A DNA stretch of 64,000 bases from an uncultured beta proteobacterium (GTDB lineage: Bacteria > Pseudomonadota > Gammaproteobacteria > Burkholderiales > Casimicrobiaceae), in NCBI GenBank assembly GCA_963844005.1, contig CAWJMQ010000023.1:156350-220349 (forward strand). The letters run 5' to 3'. The translations under genes and the position numbers were made by a program. How positions within the stretch are numbered: the stretch's first letter is position 1; the number at the start of each line of letters is the position of its first letter. The notes below the pieces were generated by a model. It was given only the letters and a program-made list of their open reading frames with translations. It did not search any database and was not told where the DNA came from. Shown piece after piece: positions 39,929 through 51,648 of this stretch.

Positions 39929-40286
39929 CTTGATCGTTTGAACGGCAGCCTGGAGTGGTCCACGTGTCTACTTCAGCTCGACAGCGCGCCGTCCCGGTTC
40001 GGACTTACTGCCACTCGGCTGCGGTTCTTCCACATCGCCGGCATATTTCCGACAATCACCGCTTGCACCGATTTCCGCTTGTCCCGACGAATTCAGCGAA
40101 CGGCGGCGTGCAAAGTACATCGGTCACTAGGCCAGCAAATCGCCAGAGGCGGCTGCGGGTCGTTCTCGATCATTTTGCAGAGCGCAGTTCGAACCTATCC
40201 GACGCTGTCTGTAACATCAAATCGCGGTAAGGACAGATGATGACAGGTCGCAAAGAAGTCGGGTTTGGGCAGTCTGTCCCTGCATT

Positions 40287-41315
40287 TCAGAGCCGCGGCA
40301 GGGGCAACGCGGCCTTGCCGGCGACTGCCAGCGCCATCGTCCGCAGTTCGTCCCAGACGTTGCCGCGACCGATGCCCTTCGACAGCGCGTCGAGTCGCGC
40401 AAGTGCGGCGAGAAGGGGCGGGATTGCCTCGGCCTTGACGCTCCGCGCCGCGCGCTCCATCGCCGCCTGCCGCTTCCCCCAGGCGCGGGCATTGGGGACC
40501 GCCGCGGCGACCGGCGTGCCGGAAGCCACCGCCTCCTGCACGGACGCCAGTGCGTGGATGTCTTCACCGAGCTGCCACAACAGCAGTTGAATGCCTTCGC
40601 CTTCCGCTTCGAGCGCGGCGATGATGCGCAGCGCGCGCGCCGCGTCGCTCGACAGCCACGCTTCGGAGAGCTGGAAGACGTCGTAACGGGCGACGTCGGT
40701 GACCGCGCGCTCCACCGCGTCGGCTTCGATCTCGCCCTCGGGCAACAGCAGGCCGAGCTTCTCGATCTCCTGCCGCGCCGCCAGCAGGTTTCCTTCGCAG
40801 CGGTCGGCAAGGAATTCGAGCGTCTCGCGCGCTACCCGCTGACCTTGCCGCGCGAGACGTGTCGAAATCCATTGCGGGAGCTCGTCGCGTTCCAGCGGAT
40901 AGACGGCGATCGACACGCCGGCGGTCTTGAGTGCGGAAAACCATGCCGACGACTGCGTCGTGCGATCGAGCTTCGGCAGCGTGACGAGCATCGTGTGGTC
41001 CGGATTCAAACGGGCGCTGCAGGCTTCGAGCACCCTGGCTCCCTCGATGCCCGGCTTGCCGGACGGAATGCGCAGATCGATGAGCTTGCGCGCGCCGAAA
41101 AGGGTGAGGTTCGCGCTTGCCGCGGTGACCGCATCCCACTTGAAACCGGACTCGACGACGAGAAGTTCGCGCTCGTCGCACCCCGCCTTCCGCGCAGCGG
41201 CGCGGATCGCGTCGCCAGCCTCGCTCGTGAGCAGGGGCTCGTCGCCGTGCACGACGTACAGCGGCGCAAGCGTACGCTCGAGGTGGGCGGGGAGCTGGCT
41301 CAGGCGGAGTTCCAT
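40287..41315 (-). CDS. holA: DNA polymerase III subunit delta
   Basis: 342-aa ORF. Conserved position downstream of leuS-lptE. N-terminus (LAPLYVVHGDEPLL) is typical of HolA. Confidence 0.85.
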   Translation of the reverse strand: MELRLSQLPAHLERTLAPLYVVHGDEPLLTSEAGDAIRAAARKAGCDERELLVVESGFKWDAVTAASANLTLFGARKLIDLRIPSGKPGIEGARVLEACSARLNPDHTMLVTLPKLDRTTQSSAWFSALKTAGVSIAVYPLERDELPQWISTRLARQGQRVARETLEFLADRCEGNLLAARQEIEKLGLLLPEGEIEADAVERAVTDVARYDVFQLSEAWLSSDAARALRIIAALEAEGEGIQLLLWQLGEDIHALASVQEAVASGTPVAAAVPNARAWGKRQAAMERAARSVKAEAIPPLLAALARLDALSKGIGRGNVWDELRTMALAVAGKAALPLPRL

Positions 41316-41357
41316 GTTTCAGGTCTCTCAAGACCGCGCGGGCGTCGTTCTTCAGGC

Positions 41358-41831
41358 CTAACCGGGCTTCTTCGCAGCCTGCAGCCGCCTCACGACCTGC
41401 TGGACGGCGTCGGTCTGCATTTCCTTGTACAGTCGCGCCTCCTGCGCCTCGCGCGCCAGGACTTCGGATTCATTGAATGAATACGAGCGGCGGATCAGGA
41501 TCTCCGCGGCCGGCAGCCAATCGTGTCCGGTCGAGTCGTGGAGCGAAAACGTCACCCGCTTCGTCAGCTGGTACTCGCGCACGCGACCGCCGCCTGAGAG
41601 CGAGAGCACCTGCTTGTCGTCGACGACGCCTGAGAGGTCGAGGATCGCCTGGCCGGCAGCGGCCGTGTCCACAAGCGTCGTGCCGCCGCCTTCGAGCGCG
41701 CGCTTCAGTTCGACGGCAAACGGTGCTGCGGCGGGAGCGTTGACGTACAGCGTGGAGAATGCGTAGTCGACGTCGCCGCGCAGGTGGAATCCGCAGCCCG
41801 CGAGGCCGACTGCGAGGACGAAACCGAGCAC
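41358..41831 (-). CDS. lptE: LPS-assembly lipoprotein LptE (start uncertain)
   Basis: Same frame as ORF 41358..42212, downstream of the leuS stop. Lipobox plus the conserved LAGCGFHLRG. The only canonical start after the leuS stop is the GTG at 41831, which gives a very short uncharged signal peptide. Confidence 0.7.
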   Translation of the reverse strand: MLGFVLAVGLAGCGFHLRGDVDYAFSTLYVNAPAAAPFAVELKRALEGGGTTLVDTAAAGQAILDLSGVVDDKQVLSLSGGGRVREYQLTKRVTFSLHDSTGHDWLPAAEILIRRSYSFNESEVLAREAQEARLYKEMQTDAVQQVVRRLQAAKKPG

Positions 41832-41931
41832 GAGTCCGGCGACGCCCGATCGCGAGGCGAGCCGGCAGCCGCGGTAAGGCGCCTCTCCGCCTGCGCGATA
41901 CGGGCGGGTGTCGGTCGCGCATCCGATCCAT

Positions 41932-44607
<2,676 letters not shown>

Positions 44608-44667
44608 GGATTGGGGAGAACTGCCCGGCAGGGGCAGTCGGCGGCGGCAACGCGTTCGAACGGGCGA

Positions 44668-45231
44668 TTATACCGGCGCGACCAGCGCGTAGACGCCCAA
44701 TGCCGCGAACAGCAATGCGGCCACGATCCGCGCGGCCTTGAACGGGATCTTCGTCGAAGCGGCCTTGCCGATCAGCACCACCGGAATGTTGGCCAAGAGC
44801 ATGCCAAGCGTGGTGCCGACGACGACCGCGACGAGCGAGGGAAACTTCGCCGCGAGCACGACCGTCGCAACCTGCGTCTTGTCGCCCATCTCCGCGAGAA
44901 AAAATGCCACGACGGTCACGCCGAAGACGCCCCACCGCGTTGCGGGTTGCGGTTGGTCGTCGTCGAGCGCGTCGGGAACGAGCGCCCAGATGGCGACGGC
45001 GAAGAACGACGTCGCGACAAACCACCGGAGCGTCTCCGGTGCGATGATCGTCCGCACCCAGTTTCCGAGCAACCCGGCCAGTGTGTGGTTCGCGAGCGTC
45101 GCCGCGAGGATGCCGGCGATGATCGGCCACGGCTTGCGGAAACGCGCGGCGAGCATCAGCGCAAGGAGTTGCGTCTTGTCGCCGATTTCGCCCAGCGCGA
45201 CGACCCCCGTCGAAACGAGAAAGGCTTCCAT
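44668..45231 (-). CDS. UPF0016/GDT1 (TMEM165) family membrane protein, putative Mn2+/Ca2+ transporter
   Basis: Inside ORF 44668..45738, ATG at 45231. Two copies of the E-x-G-D-K-T motif (EIGDKTQ, EMGDKTQ). Confidence 0.85.
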   Translation of the reverse strand: MEAFLVSTGVVALGEIGDKTQLLALMLAARFRKPWPIIAGILAATLANHTLAGLLGNWVRTIIAPETLRWFVATSFFAVAIWALVPDALDDDQPQPATRWGVFGVTVVAFFLAEMGDKTQVATVVLAAKFPSLVAVVVGTTLGMLLANIPVVLIGKAASTKIPFKAARIVAALLFAALGVYALVAPV

Positions 45232-45432
45232 GGAATGGTGAGGCGAGGCGCCTGTTTGCGACTGGAGGGAGGGGGTCGGCGGCGGGAGGTATGCGTTCCC
45301 ACGCTGCGCTCGAGTCGCACCCGACCACGGGCAACGTGTGCCGCTACGACCCACGCGTAGAATTATACGGGCCGGGAACCTTTCCACCCCGCAGCGCGCC
45401 CAAACGGGGGCGTATCGGTCAATAACATTCTG

Positions 45433-47592
45433 ATGATCCATCCTAGCTGTCAACTGCCGGTCTCTCCCCGCCTGACGCTCTTTGCGGCGGCTTGGTTCGC
45501 GTTGGCCTCGTGCGCAATTGCCGCGCCGGTGAAGACCGAGCACGTCGAGGCCGAGCTCGTCGCTGCGAAGACCGCGCTCGTTCCGGGCGAGTCGCTTACC
45601 GTCGCGCTGCGGCTCTCGATGCAAAAAGGCTGGCACACGTACTGGCAGAACCCGGGCGATTCCGGCCTTCCGACAACGCTCGATTGGAAGCTGCCTGCCG
45701 GTATCGATGCCGGACCGATCGAGTGGCCAGCGCCGCACGTATTACCGGCCGGTCCGCTCGTCAACTACGGCTACGATGGCGAGGTGCTGCATCTGGTGGA
45801 ACTGCGGCCTCGACGCGCACTGGCGGCCGGCGAATCGGCGGTCCTTCGCGCACGTGCCGATTGGCTCGTCTGCAAGGAGGTGTGCATTCCGGAGGGGGCC
45901 GACCTCCAACTCGTGTTGCCTGTCGACAAGACGTCGGTGGCGGACCCTCGCTGGGGCGCGCCGATTGCCGCCGCGCGCGCCGCGCTGCCGCGTCCGCTCG
46001 CGGGCTGGCAGGCATCTGCGGAAGGCAAGGGGCAGACAATCGAAATGAGGCTCGTGCCGGCGGCCGATGCGACGGATCCGGGAGCACTCTATTTCTTCTC
46101 GCGTGCCGAATCCCGGATCGAGCCATCCGGTGCGCAGACAGTGAGACGCGACGGCGCCGCGTATGTGCTGACGCTGCCCGTCTCGTTCAACCTGTCCGGC
46201 GACTTCCGGCGCCTCGCAGGGGTGCTGACCGCCGCCAATGGATTCTCCCGTGGCGCGCACGCCGCCACCGTCGACGTGGCACTGATCGGTGCCGTCGGCG
46301 CCGGAGCAAGGCCGGCGCAGGACGCCGCGCCACAACTGAATCTCGGGTCTTCGCCGGTGGGTGACGGGTTGTCGCTCGCCGTTGCCATGGCGTTCGCCTT
46401 CGTCGGCGGGATTGTCCTCAACCTCATGCCTTGCGTGTTCCCGGTCCTTTCGCTCAAGGTGCTGGGCTTTGCCACTCACCACGACAGCAGGGCCACGCTG
46501 CACAGGGAGGCGTTCGCGTTCGCGGGGGGCGTCGTGCTGACGTTCGTCGCGCTCGGACTGGTGCTCGCGGCGCTGCGGACGGCCGGCGAGCAACTGGGCT
46601 GGGGCTTCCAGCTGCAATCGCCGGCGGTGGTCGCCACGCTGGCCGCGCTGTTTTTTGTGCTCGCCCTCAATCTGTCGGGTGTCTTCGAGTTCGGGCAGAT
46701 CGTGCCTTCGGGCATCGCGAGCTTCACGGCCAGAAACCGGACGGTCGACGCCTTCGCCTCGGGTGTCCTGGCCGTGGTCATCGCGTCGCCATGCACGGCG
46801 CCGTTCATGGGCGCCGCACTGGGCTTTGCCCTCGCCGGGTCGACGGCCGTCACGCTCGTCGTTTTCGTCGCGCTGGGGATCGGAATGGCGGCCCCGTACG
46901 TAACGTTGGCGCTGCTACCGGGTTGGCGCCGACGGCTGCCGCGCTCGGGGCCGTGGCTCCTGCGCTTCAAGCAGGTGCTCGCGTTTCCGCTGTACGCGAC
47001 GGTGATCTGGCTCGCCTGGGTGCTGGGAGCCCAGCGCGATAATGACGCTGTCATGCGCCTGCTGCTGGCGTTGCTCTGTCTCGGCTTCGCGCTCTGGACG
47101 TGGCGCATCGTCCGCACCGGCGGAGCACGGCCCTGGGGAATCGCCGGTGTCGCCGCGCTTGCGGGCGCGGTGGCGCTCGCGTGGCCGCTTCTCTCGGCCG
47201 ATGCCGACGCGACGGCGTCCGGGGCGTCCGGATCACGCTTGGCGGCGGCCGACCCGGATTGGCAGCCGTACACTCCGGCACGGGTTGCGAATCTTGCGGC
47301 GTCGGGCCGGCCCGTATTCGTCGATTTCACTGCGGCATGGTGCGTGACCTGCCAGGTCAACAAGCGACTCGTCCTCAACACTGCGGACGTCCGCTCGGCG
47401 TTTGCACGAAAGAACGTCGCGCTGGTGCGCGCCGACTGGACGCGACGCGATCCCGACATCACCCGCGCGCTGACCGCACTTGGCCGCACCGGCGTACCGG
47501 TGTACGTTCTGTACCGGCCCGGCAGGGGGCCCCTCCTCTTGCCCGAGGTCTTGCAGCAGCAAACGGTGCTCGAGGCGATCGCGTCGCTGTGA
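45433..47592 (+). CDS. dsbD: Thiol:disulfide interchange protein, DsbD/ScsB family
   Basis: 719-aa ORF with a signal peptide, an N-terminal periplasmic domain, a central TM domain with conserved Cys (NLMPCVFPV, ASPCTAPF), and a C-terminal thioredoxin domain (WCVTC). Confidence 0.85.
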   Translation: MIHPSCQLPVSPRLTLFAAAWFALASCAIAAPVKTEHVEAELVAAKTALVPGESLTVALRLSMQKGWHTYWQNPGDSGLPTTLDWKLPAGIDAGPIEWPAPHVLPAGPLVNYGYDGEVLHLVELRPRRALAAGESAVLRARADWLVCKEVCIPEGADLQLVLPVDKTSVADPRWGAPIAAARAALPRPLAGWQASAEGKGQTIEMRLVPAADATDPGALYFFSRAESRIEPSGAQTVRRDGAAYVLTLPVSFNLSGDFRRLAGVLTAANGFSRGAHAATVDVALIGAVGAGARPAQDAAPQLNLGSSPVGDGLSLAVAMAFAFVGGIVLNLMPCVFPVLSLKVLGFATHHDSRATLHREAFAFAGGVVLTFVALGLVLAALRTAGEQLGWGFQLQSPAVVATLAALFFVLALNLSGVFEFGQIVPSGIASFTARNRTVDAFASGVLAVVIASPCTAPFMGAALGFALAGSTAVTLVVFVALGIGMAAPYVTLALLPGWRRRLPRSGPWLLRFKQVLAFPLYATVIWLAWVLGAQRDNDAVMRLLLALLCLGFALWTWRIVRTGGARPWGIAGVAALAGAVALAWPLLSADADATASGASGSRLAAADPDWQPYTPARVANLAASGRPVFVDFTAAWCVTCQVNKRLVLNTADVRSAFARKNVALVRADWTRRDPDITRALTALGRTGVPVYVLYRPGRGPLLLPEVLQQQTVLEAIASL

Positions 47593-47639
47593 TGCGCGTC
47601 GACAACACCGCGAAACACCCTGAGCCTTAGGAGGATTCC

Positions 47640-48245
47640 ATGCGCTTTCTTCGTTCGATGTCCCTGGCCGCCTGTCTAGGCGTCGTATCCGCGTTGCCGG
47701 CCATGGCTGCGGCGCCCGGCGCTGCCGCGCCCGACTTCACGATCGCCGACACCGCCGGCAAGCCGGTCAACCTTGCCGACTATCGCGGCAAGTTCGTCGT
47801 GCTCGAGTGGACCAATCCCGAATGCCCGTTCGTCCGAAAGCACTACAACAGCAGGAACATGCAGGAGCTGCAGAAGGAGTGGGGCGCGAAGGATGTCGTG
47901 TGGCTGACGATCAACTCGACCAATGCGAGCCACAGCGAGTACAAGAATCCCGACGAGATGGCGAGCTGGATGCGCGCGCAGGGCGCGGCGTCCAAAGCCA
48001 CGCTGATCGACGGCACGAGTGCGACTGCTCGAGCCTATGGCGCGAAGAACACGCCACACATGTTCGTGGTCGACCCCTCGGGCAAACTGATCTACAACGG
48101 GGCCATCGACGACAAGCGCTCGGCCAACCCAGCCGACGTCAAGGTTGCCAACAACTATGTGCGTGCCGCACTCACCGAGGCGACGGCGGGCAAGCCGGTG
48201 ACCGTTGCGAGCACGACGCCCTATGGTTGCACGCTGAAGTACTAG
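47640..48245 (+). CDS. Periplasmic thioredoxin-fold redoxin-like protein
   Basis: 201-aa ORF. SD AGGAGGA. Signal peptide ending PAMAAAP. Motif WTNPECPFVRKHY. Paralogue of the 32132..32686 product. Confidence 0.8.
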   Translation: MRFLRSMSLAACLGVVSALPAMAAAPGAAAPDFTIADTAGKPVNLADYRGKFVVLEWTNPECPFVRKHYNSRNMQELQKEWGAKDVVWLTINSTNASHSEYKNPDEMASWMRAQGAASKATLIDGTSATARAYGAKNTPHMFVVDPSGKLIYNGAIDDKRSANPADVKVANNYVRAALTEATAGKPVTVASTTPYGCTLKY

Positions 48246-48512
48246 GGCCCGTTCACGCTATGTCTGCAAGACGCGTTGCGAGTGAAAGCGGCCCTGCGCG
48301 AGGCGCAAAGCGCAGGCGGGCCGGGAGCCCGGCGAGGCTTTGCAACGAAGCACAGGGCCGTTTTCGCCGCAACCCGAAGGGAACGGGCGCCCTGGGGCGC
48401 CACTCTACGTTGCTTTCCTCGCCGAGACGCCCCGTCTCGGCTTCGTCAAGCGCCTTGATTGGCGCCCCATGCCACCCGTTCGCGCTTGTAGCCATAGCGT
48501 GAACAGGCCCTA
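48243..48512. repeat. 270-bp structured intergenic element bounded by 20-bp terminal inverted repeats (MITE-like)
   Basis: Left end TAGGGCCCGTTCACGCTATG (48243-48262). Right end CATAGCGTGAACAGGCCCTA (48493-48512), which is the reverse complement with 1 mismatch. Weaker complementarity continues about 20 nt inward. Internal 9-bp-stem hairpin GCCGAGACG-CCC-CGTCTCGGC at 48421-48441. Confidence 0.5.
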
Positions 48513-48526
48513 AGATCTTGTCCGCG

Positions 48527-49522
48527 ATGCCGGCGCAACGCTTCGCGGAGTCCTGGCCCGCCAGCATTCGCGCATCTGCGTTGCTTCCCGCAGTTGCCGC
48601 AGCGGGAATGCTGTCGGCCGGATGCGGATCTTCGGAAGAACGACCGCTGCAGGGTTACATCGAAGGTGAGTACGTGCGGGTCGCCGCACCGTTCGCGGGC
48701 ACGCTGCAGAAGCTCGCCGTGCGCCGCGGCTCCGAAGTGCCGCTCGGCGCGCCGTTGTTCGCGCTCGAGCGCGAGAACGAGACCGCCGCCCGCCGCGAGG
48801 CCGAGGAGCGTCTGCGCGCGGCGGACGCTCGGCTTGCGAACCTCAGGACAGGCAAACGCGCGCCGGAGATCGAAACGGTCGCCGAGCAATTGCAGCAGGC
48901 GCGCGCCGCGCGCGATCTGTCGGCCGCCAATCTCAAGCGCCAGCAGGAACTCTATGCCAGCGGTTTCGTCAGCAGCGCGGCGCTCGACGATGCGCGGACG
49001 CAATTGAAGCGCGACGAGGCGCATGTCGGCGAGCTTGCGGCGGCGGTCGCGACAACGAAGATGCCGGCGCGCGCCGACGAGATACGCGCGGCCGAGGCTG
49101 ACGCGCGGGCTGCGCGCGAGGTGCTGGCGCAGAGCGAGTGGCGACTCGCGCAACGCGCCGTGGCGGCGCCCGTCGCGGGACTCGTGCACGATACGTATTA
49201 CAACGCGGGTGACTGGGTGCCCGCAGGCAGCCCTGTGGTGAGCATCCTGCCGCCGGCCAATGTCAAAGTGCGCTTCTATGTTCCCGAGCTACAGCTCGTC
49301 CGGGTGAAGCCGGGTGGCGAAATCGCGGTCGCCTGCGATGGTTGCCCCGGTCCGATAGGCGCTACCGTCGACTACGTCTCCAATCGCGCCGAATTCACGC
49401 CGCCGGTGCTCTATTCGAAGGAAAATCGGGCGAAGCTCGTCTACCTCGTCGAAGCCCGTCCCGCAACAGCTGCGGCCGCGGGGTTGAAGCCCGGTCAGCC
49501 GGTCGACGTGAGCATTCGGTAA
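48527..49522 (+). CDS. HlyD-family membrane fusion protein
   Basis: ORF 48518..49522 starts at a TTG; I prefer the ATG at 48527. Lipobox-like LSAGC, coiled-coil repeats and beta-barrel motifs. Upstream of the ABC-2 exporter genes. Confidence 0.8.
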   Translation: MPAQRFAESWPASIRASALLPAVAAAGMLSAGCGSSEERPLQGYIEGEYVRVAAPFAGTLQKLAVRRGSEVPLGAPLFALERENETAARREAEERLRAADARLANLRTGKRAPEIETVAEQLQQARAARDLSAANLKRQQELYASGFVSSAALDDARTQLKRDEAHVGELAAAVATTKMPARADEIRAAEADARAAREVLAQSEWRLAQRAVAAPVAGLVHDTYYNAGDWVPAGSPVVSILPPANVKVRFYVPELQLVRVKPGGEIAVACDGCPGPIGATVDYVSNRAEFTPPVLYSKENRAKLVYLVEARPATAAAAGLKPGQPVDVSIR

Positions 49523-49529
49523 CCCGCCC

Positions 49530-50486
49530 ATGGCCGCGACTCCGGCGGGCGGCTACGCGATCGACGTCCGCGGCCTCAACAAGCACTTTGGGCAGCGGCA
49601 CGTCGTCCGCGATCTCGCGCTGACGGTCGGTCGCGGCGAGATCTTCGGCTTCCTCGGTCCGAACGGCAGCGGAAAAACGACGTCGATACGGATGATCTGC
49701 GGCCTGCTGACGCCGGACAGCGGCGAGGGGACGTGCCTCGGTTACGACATCCGGCACGAGGCTTTCGAAATCAAGCGCCACGTCGGCTACATGACACAGC
49801 GCTTTTCGTTCTGGGAAGACCTCACGATTCGCGAGAATCTGCGCTTCATCGCGCGGATGTATTCGCTGAAGGACGGCCGGCAGCGCACGGAAGCAACGCT
49901 CGCGTCACTCGGTCTCACCGCGCGCGGCGACCAGCTCGCAGGGACGCTCTCCGGCGGCTGGAAGCAGCGCCTTGCCCTCGCTGCGTGCCTGCTGCACGAG
50001 CCCGACCTCCTGCTGCTCGACGAACCGACGGCCGGCGTCGATCCCAAGGCGCGGCGCGAGTTCTGGGAAGAGCTGCACACGCTGGCCGCGACGGGCATCA
50101 CGGTGCTCGTCAGCACGCATTACATGGACGAGGCCGAGCGCTGCCACAAGCTCGCCTATATCCTCGAAGGCCGCCTTCTTGCGCAGGGCACGACCGCCGA
50201 GGTCGTCGCGAGCCAGGCGCTCGTCGGCTGGTCGGTCGAGGGGCCGGATCTGCCTGCGCTGGCGCTGCGCCTGCGCAGCTTGCCGGAGGTCGAGCAGGTT
50301 GCCGCGTTCGGCGACCTGCTGCACGTCGTCGGGCGCGACGCGGCGCGACTCGACGCGGCGCTAGCGCCGTTCATCGCGGACTCCGCCTTTCGCTGGGGAA
50401 GGATCGAGCCCGGCCTCGAGGATGTCTTCATCCACCTGATGTCCACTGCCGGGAACAACAACCGTGCGACCGAGGTTTCGCCGTGA
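49530..50486 (+). CDS. ABC transporter ATP-binding protein (ABC-2 exporter type)
   Basis: 318-aa ORF. Walker A GPNGSGKTT, signature LSGGWKQR, Walker B LLLLDEP. Confidence 0.9.
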   Translation: MAATPAGGYAIDVRGLNKHFGQRHVVRDLALTVGRGEIFGFLGPNGSGKTTSIRMICGLLTPDSGEGTCLGYDIRHEAFEIKRHVGYMTQRFSFWEDLTIRENLRFIARMYSLKDGRQRTEATLASLGLTARGDQLAGTLSGGWKQRLALAACLLHEPDLLLLDEPTAGVDPKARREFWEELHTLAATGITVLVSTHYMDEAERCHKLAYILEGRLLAQGTTAEVVASQALVGWSVEGPDLPALALRLRSLPEVEQVAAFGDLLHVVGRDAARLDAALAPFIADSAFRWGRIEPGLEDVFIHLMSTAGNNNRATEVSP

Positions 50487-51619
50487 ACCGCTACTTCTCG
50501 TGGTCGCGATGGTTCGGGATCGTCGGCAAGGAATTCATTCAGCTGAAGCGCGACCGGCTGACTTTCGGCATGATCGTCGGCATTCCGGTGATCCAGCTCA
50601 TTCTGTTCGGGTTCGCGATCAATTCCGATCCGAAGCACCTGCCGGCGGCCGTGCTCGATGCCGACCGCAGCGAGTTCTCGCGCAGCATTCTCGCCGGGAT
50701 CAAGAATACGGACTATCTCGATTTCGTCCGCGAAGCCGTCGACGAGGCCGATGCCGACCGCCTGCTCACGACCGGCGCGGCTCAATTTGTCGTGACCATC
50801 CCCGAAGGCTTTTCGAGGTCGCTGGTGCGGGGCGAGCGGCCGGCATTGCTGATCGAGGCCGATGCCACCGACCCTGCGGCGACGGGCAATGCGATCGCCG
50901 CGATGAATCAGCTGGTGCAGACCGTCCTCGCCCGCGATCTGACGGGCCCTCTGTCGCCGCTTAACGCGACGCCCGGTGCTTTCGAGGTGCGCATCCACCC
51001 TCGGTACAATCCCGAGGCGATCACGCAATTCAACATCGTTCCGGGACTGATGGGCGTCATCCTCACGATGACGATGGTGCTGATGACCGGGCTCGCGATC
51101 ACCCGCGAGACCGAGCGCGGGACGATGGAAAACCTGCTCGCGACGCCGGCGACCGCGCTCGAGGTGATGACCGGCAAGATCGTCCCGTACGTGCTGATCG
51201 GCCTCATCCAGGTGACGCTGATCCTGGTGATCTCCTGGTCCGTCTTCCACGTGCCGATCCTGGGCAGTCTCGCCACGCTCTATCTGGCGGTGCTGCTCTT
51301 CATCGCCGCGAATCTGACGCTCGGCCTCACGTTCTCGTCGCTCGCGCGCAATCAGCTGCAGGCGATGCAGATGACGTTCTTCTTCTTCCTGCCGTCGATC
51401 CTGCTGTCCGGGTTCATGTTTCCGTTCCGTGGGATGCCGGGCTGGGCGCAGGCGATCGGCGAAGTGCTGCCGATCACGCATTTTCTGCGCATCGTTCGGG
51501 GGGTTCTGCTCAAGGGCAACGGCCTGTCCGAGATCGGCGCCGAAGCGTGGCCGATCGTGCTGTTCATGGCTGTGGTGATCGCCATCGGGCTGAGGTCGTT
51601 CCGCAGTACGTTGGATTAG
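50483..51619 (+). CDS. ABC-2 type transporter permease
   Basis: Same frame as ORF 49733..51619. The GTG at 50483 overlaps the ATPase stop (GTGA). Six TM segments, YbhR/YhhJ-like. Confidence 0.85.
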   Translation: MNRYFSWSRWFGIVGKEFIQLKRDRLTFGMIVGIPVIQLILFGFAINSDPKHLPAAVLDADRSEFSRSILAGIKNTDYLDFVREAVDEADADRLLTTGAAQFVVTIPEGFSRSLVRGERPALLIEADATDPAATGNAIAAMNQLVQTVLARDLTGPLSPLNATPGAFEVRIHPRYNPEAITQFNIVPGLMGVILTMTMVLMTGLAITRETERGTMENLLATPATALEVMTGKIVPYVLIGLIQVTLILVISWSVFHVPILGSLATLYLAVLLFIAANLTLGLTFSSLARNQLQAMQMTFFFFLPSILLSGFMFPFRGMPGWAQAIGEVLPITHFLRIVRGVLLKGNGLSEIGAEAWPIVLFMAVVIAIGLRSFRSTLD

Positions 51620-51648
51620 GCCGACTATCAAGGAGCGGGTGCGACAGT

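Noticed and set aside
45232-45432. Possible yybP-ykoY Mn2+ riboswitch in the 5' leader of the UPF0016/GDT1 gene (minus strand), downstream of a TATAAT box
   Set aside because: This family is often riboswitch-controlled. Here I find only partial resemblances (GUGGGUCGUAGC versus the conserved GGGGAGUAGC, and GCAUACC versus the GACAUA-type block) and no clear four-helix architecture. Infernal cmsearch with RF00080 would settle it. I do not call it.
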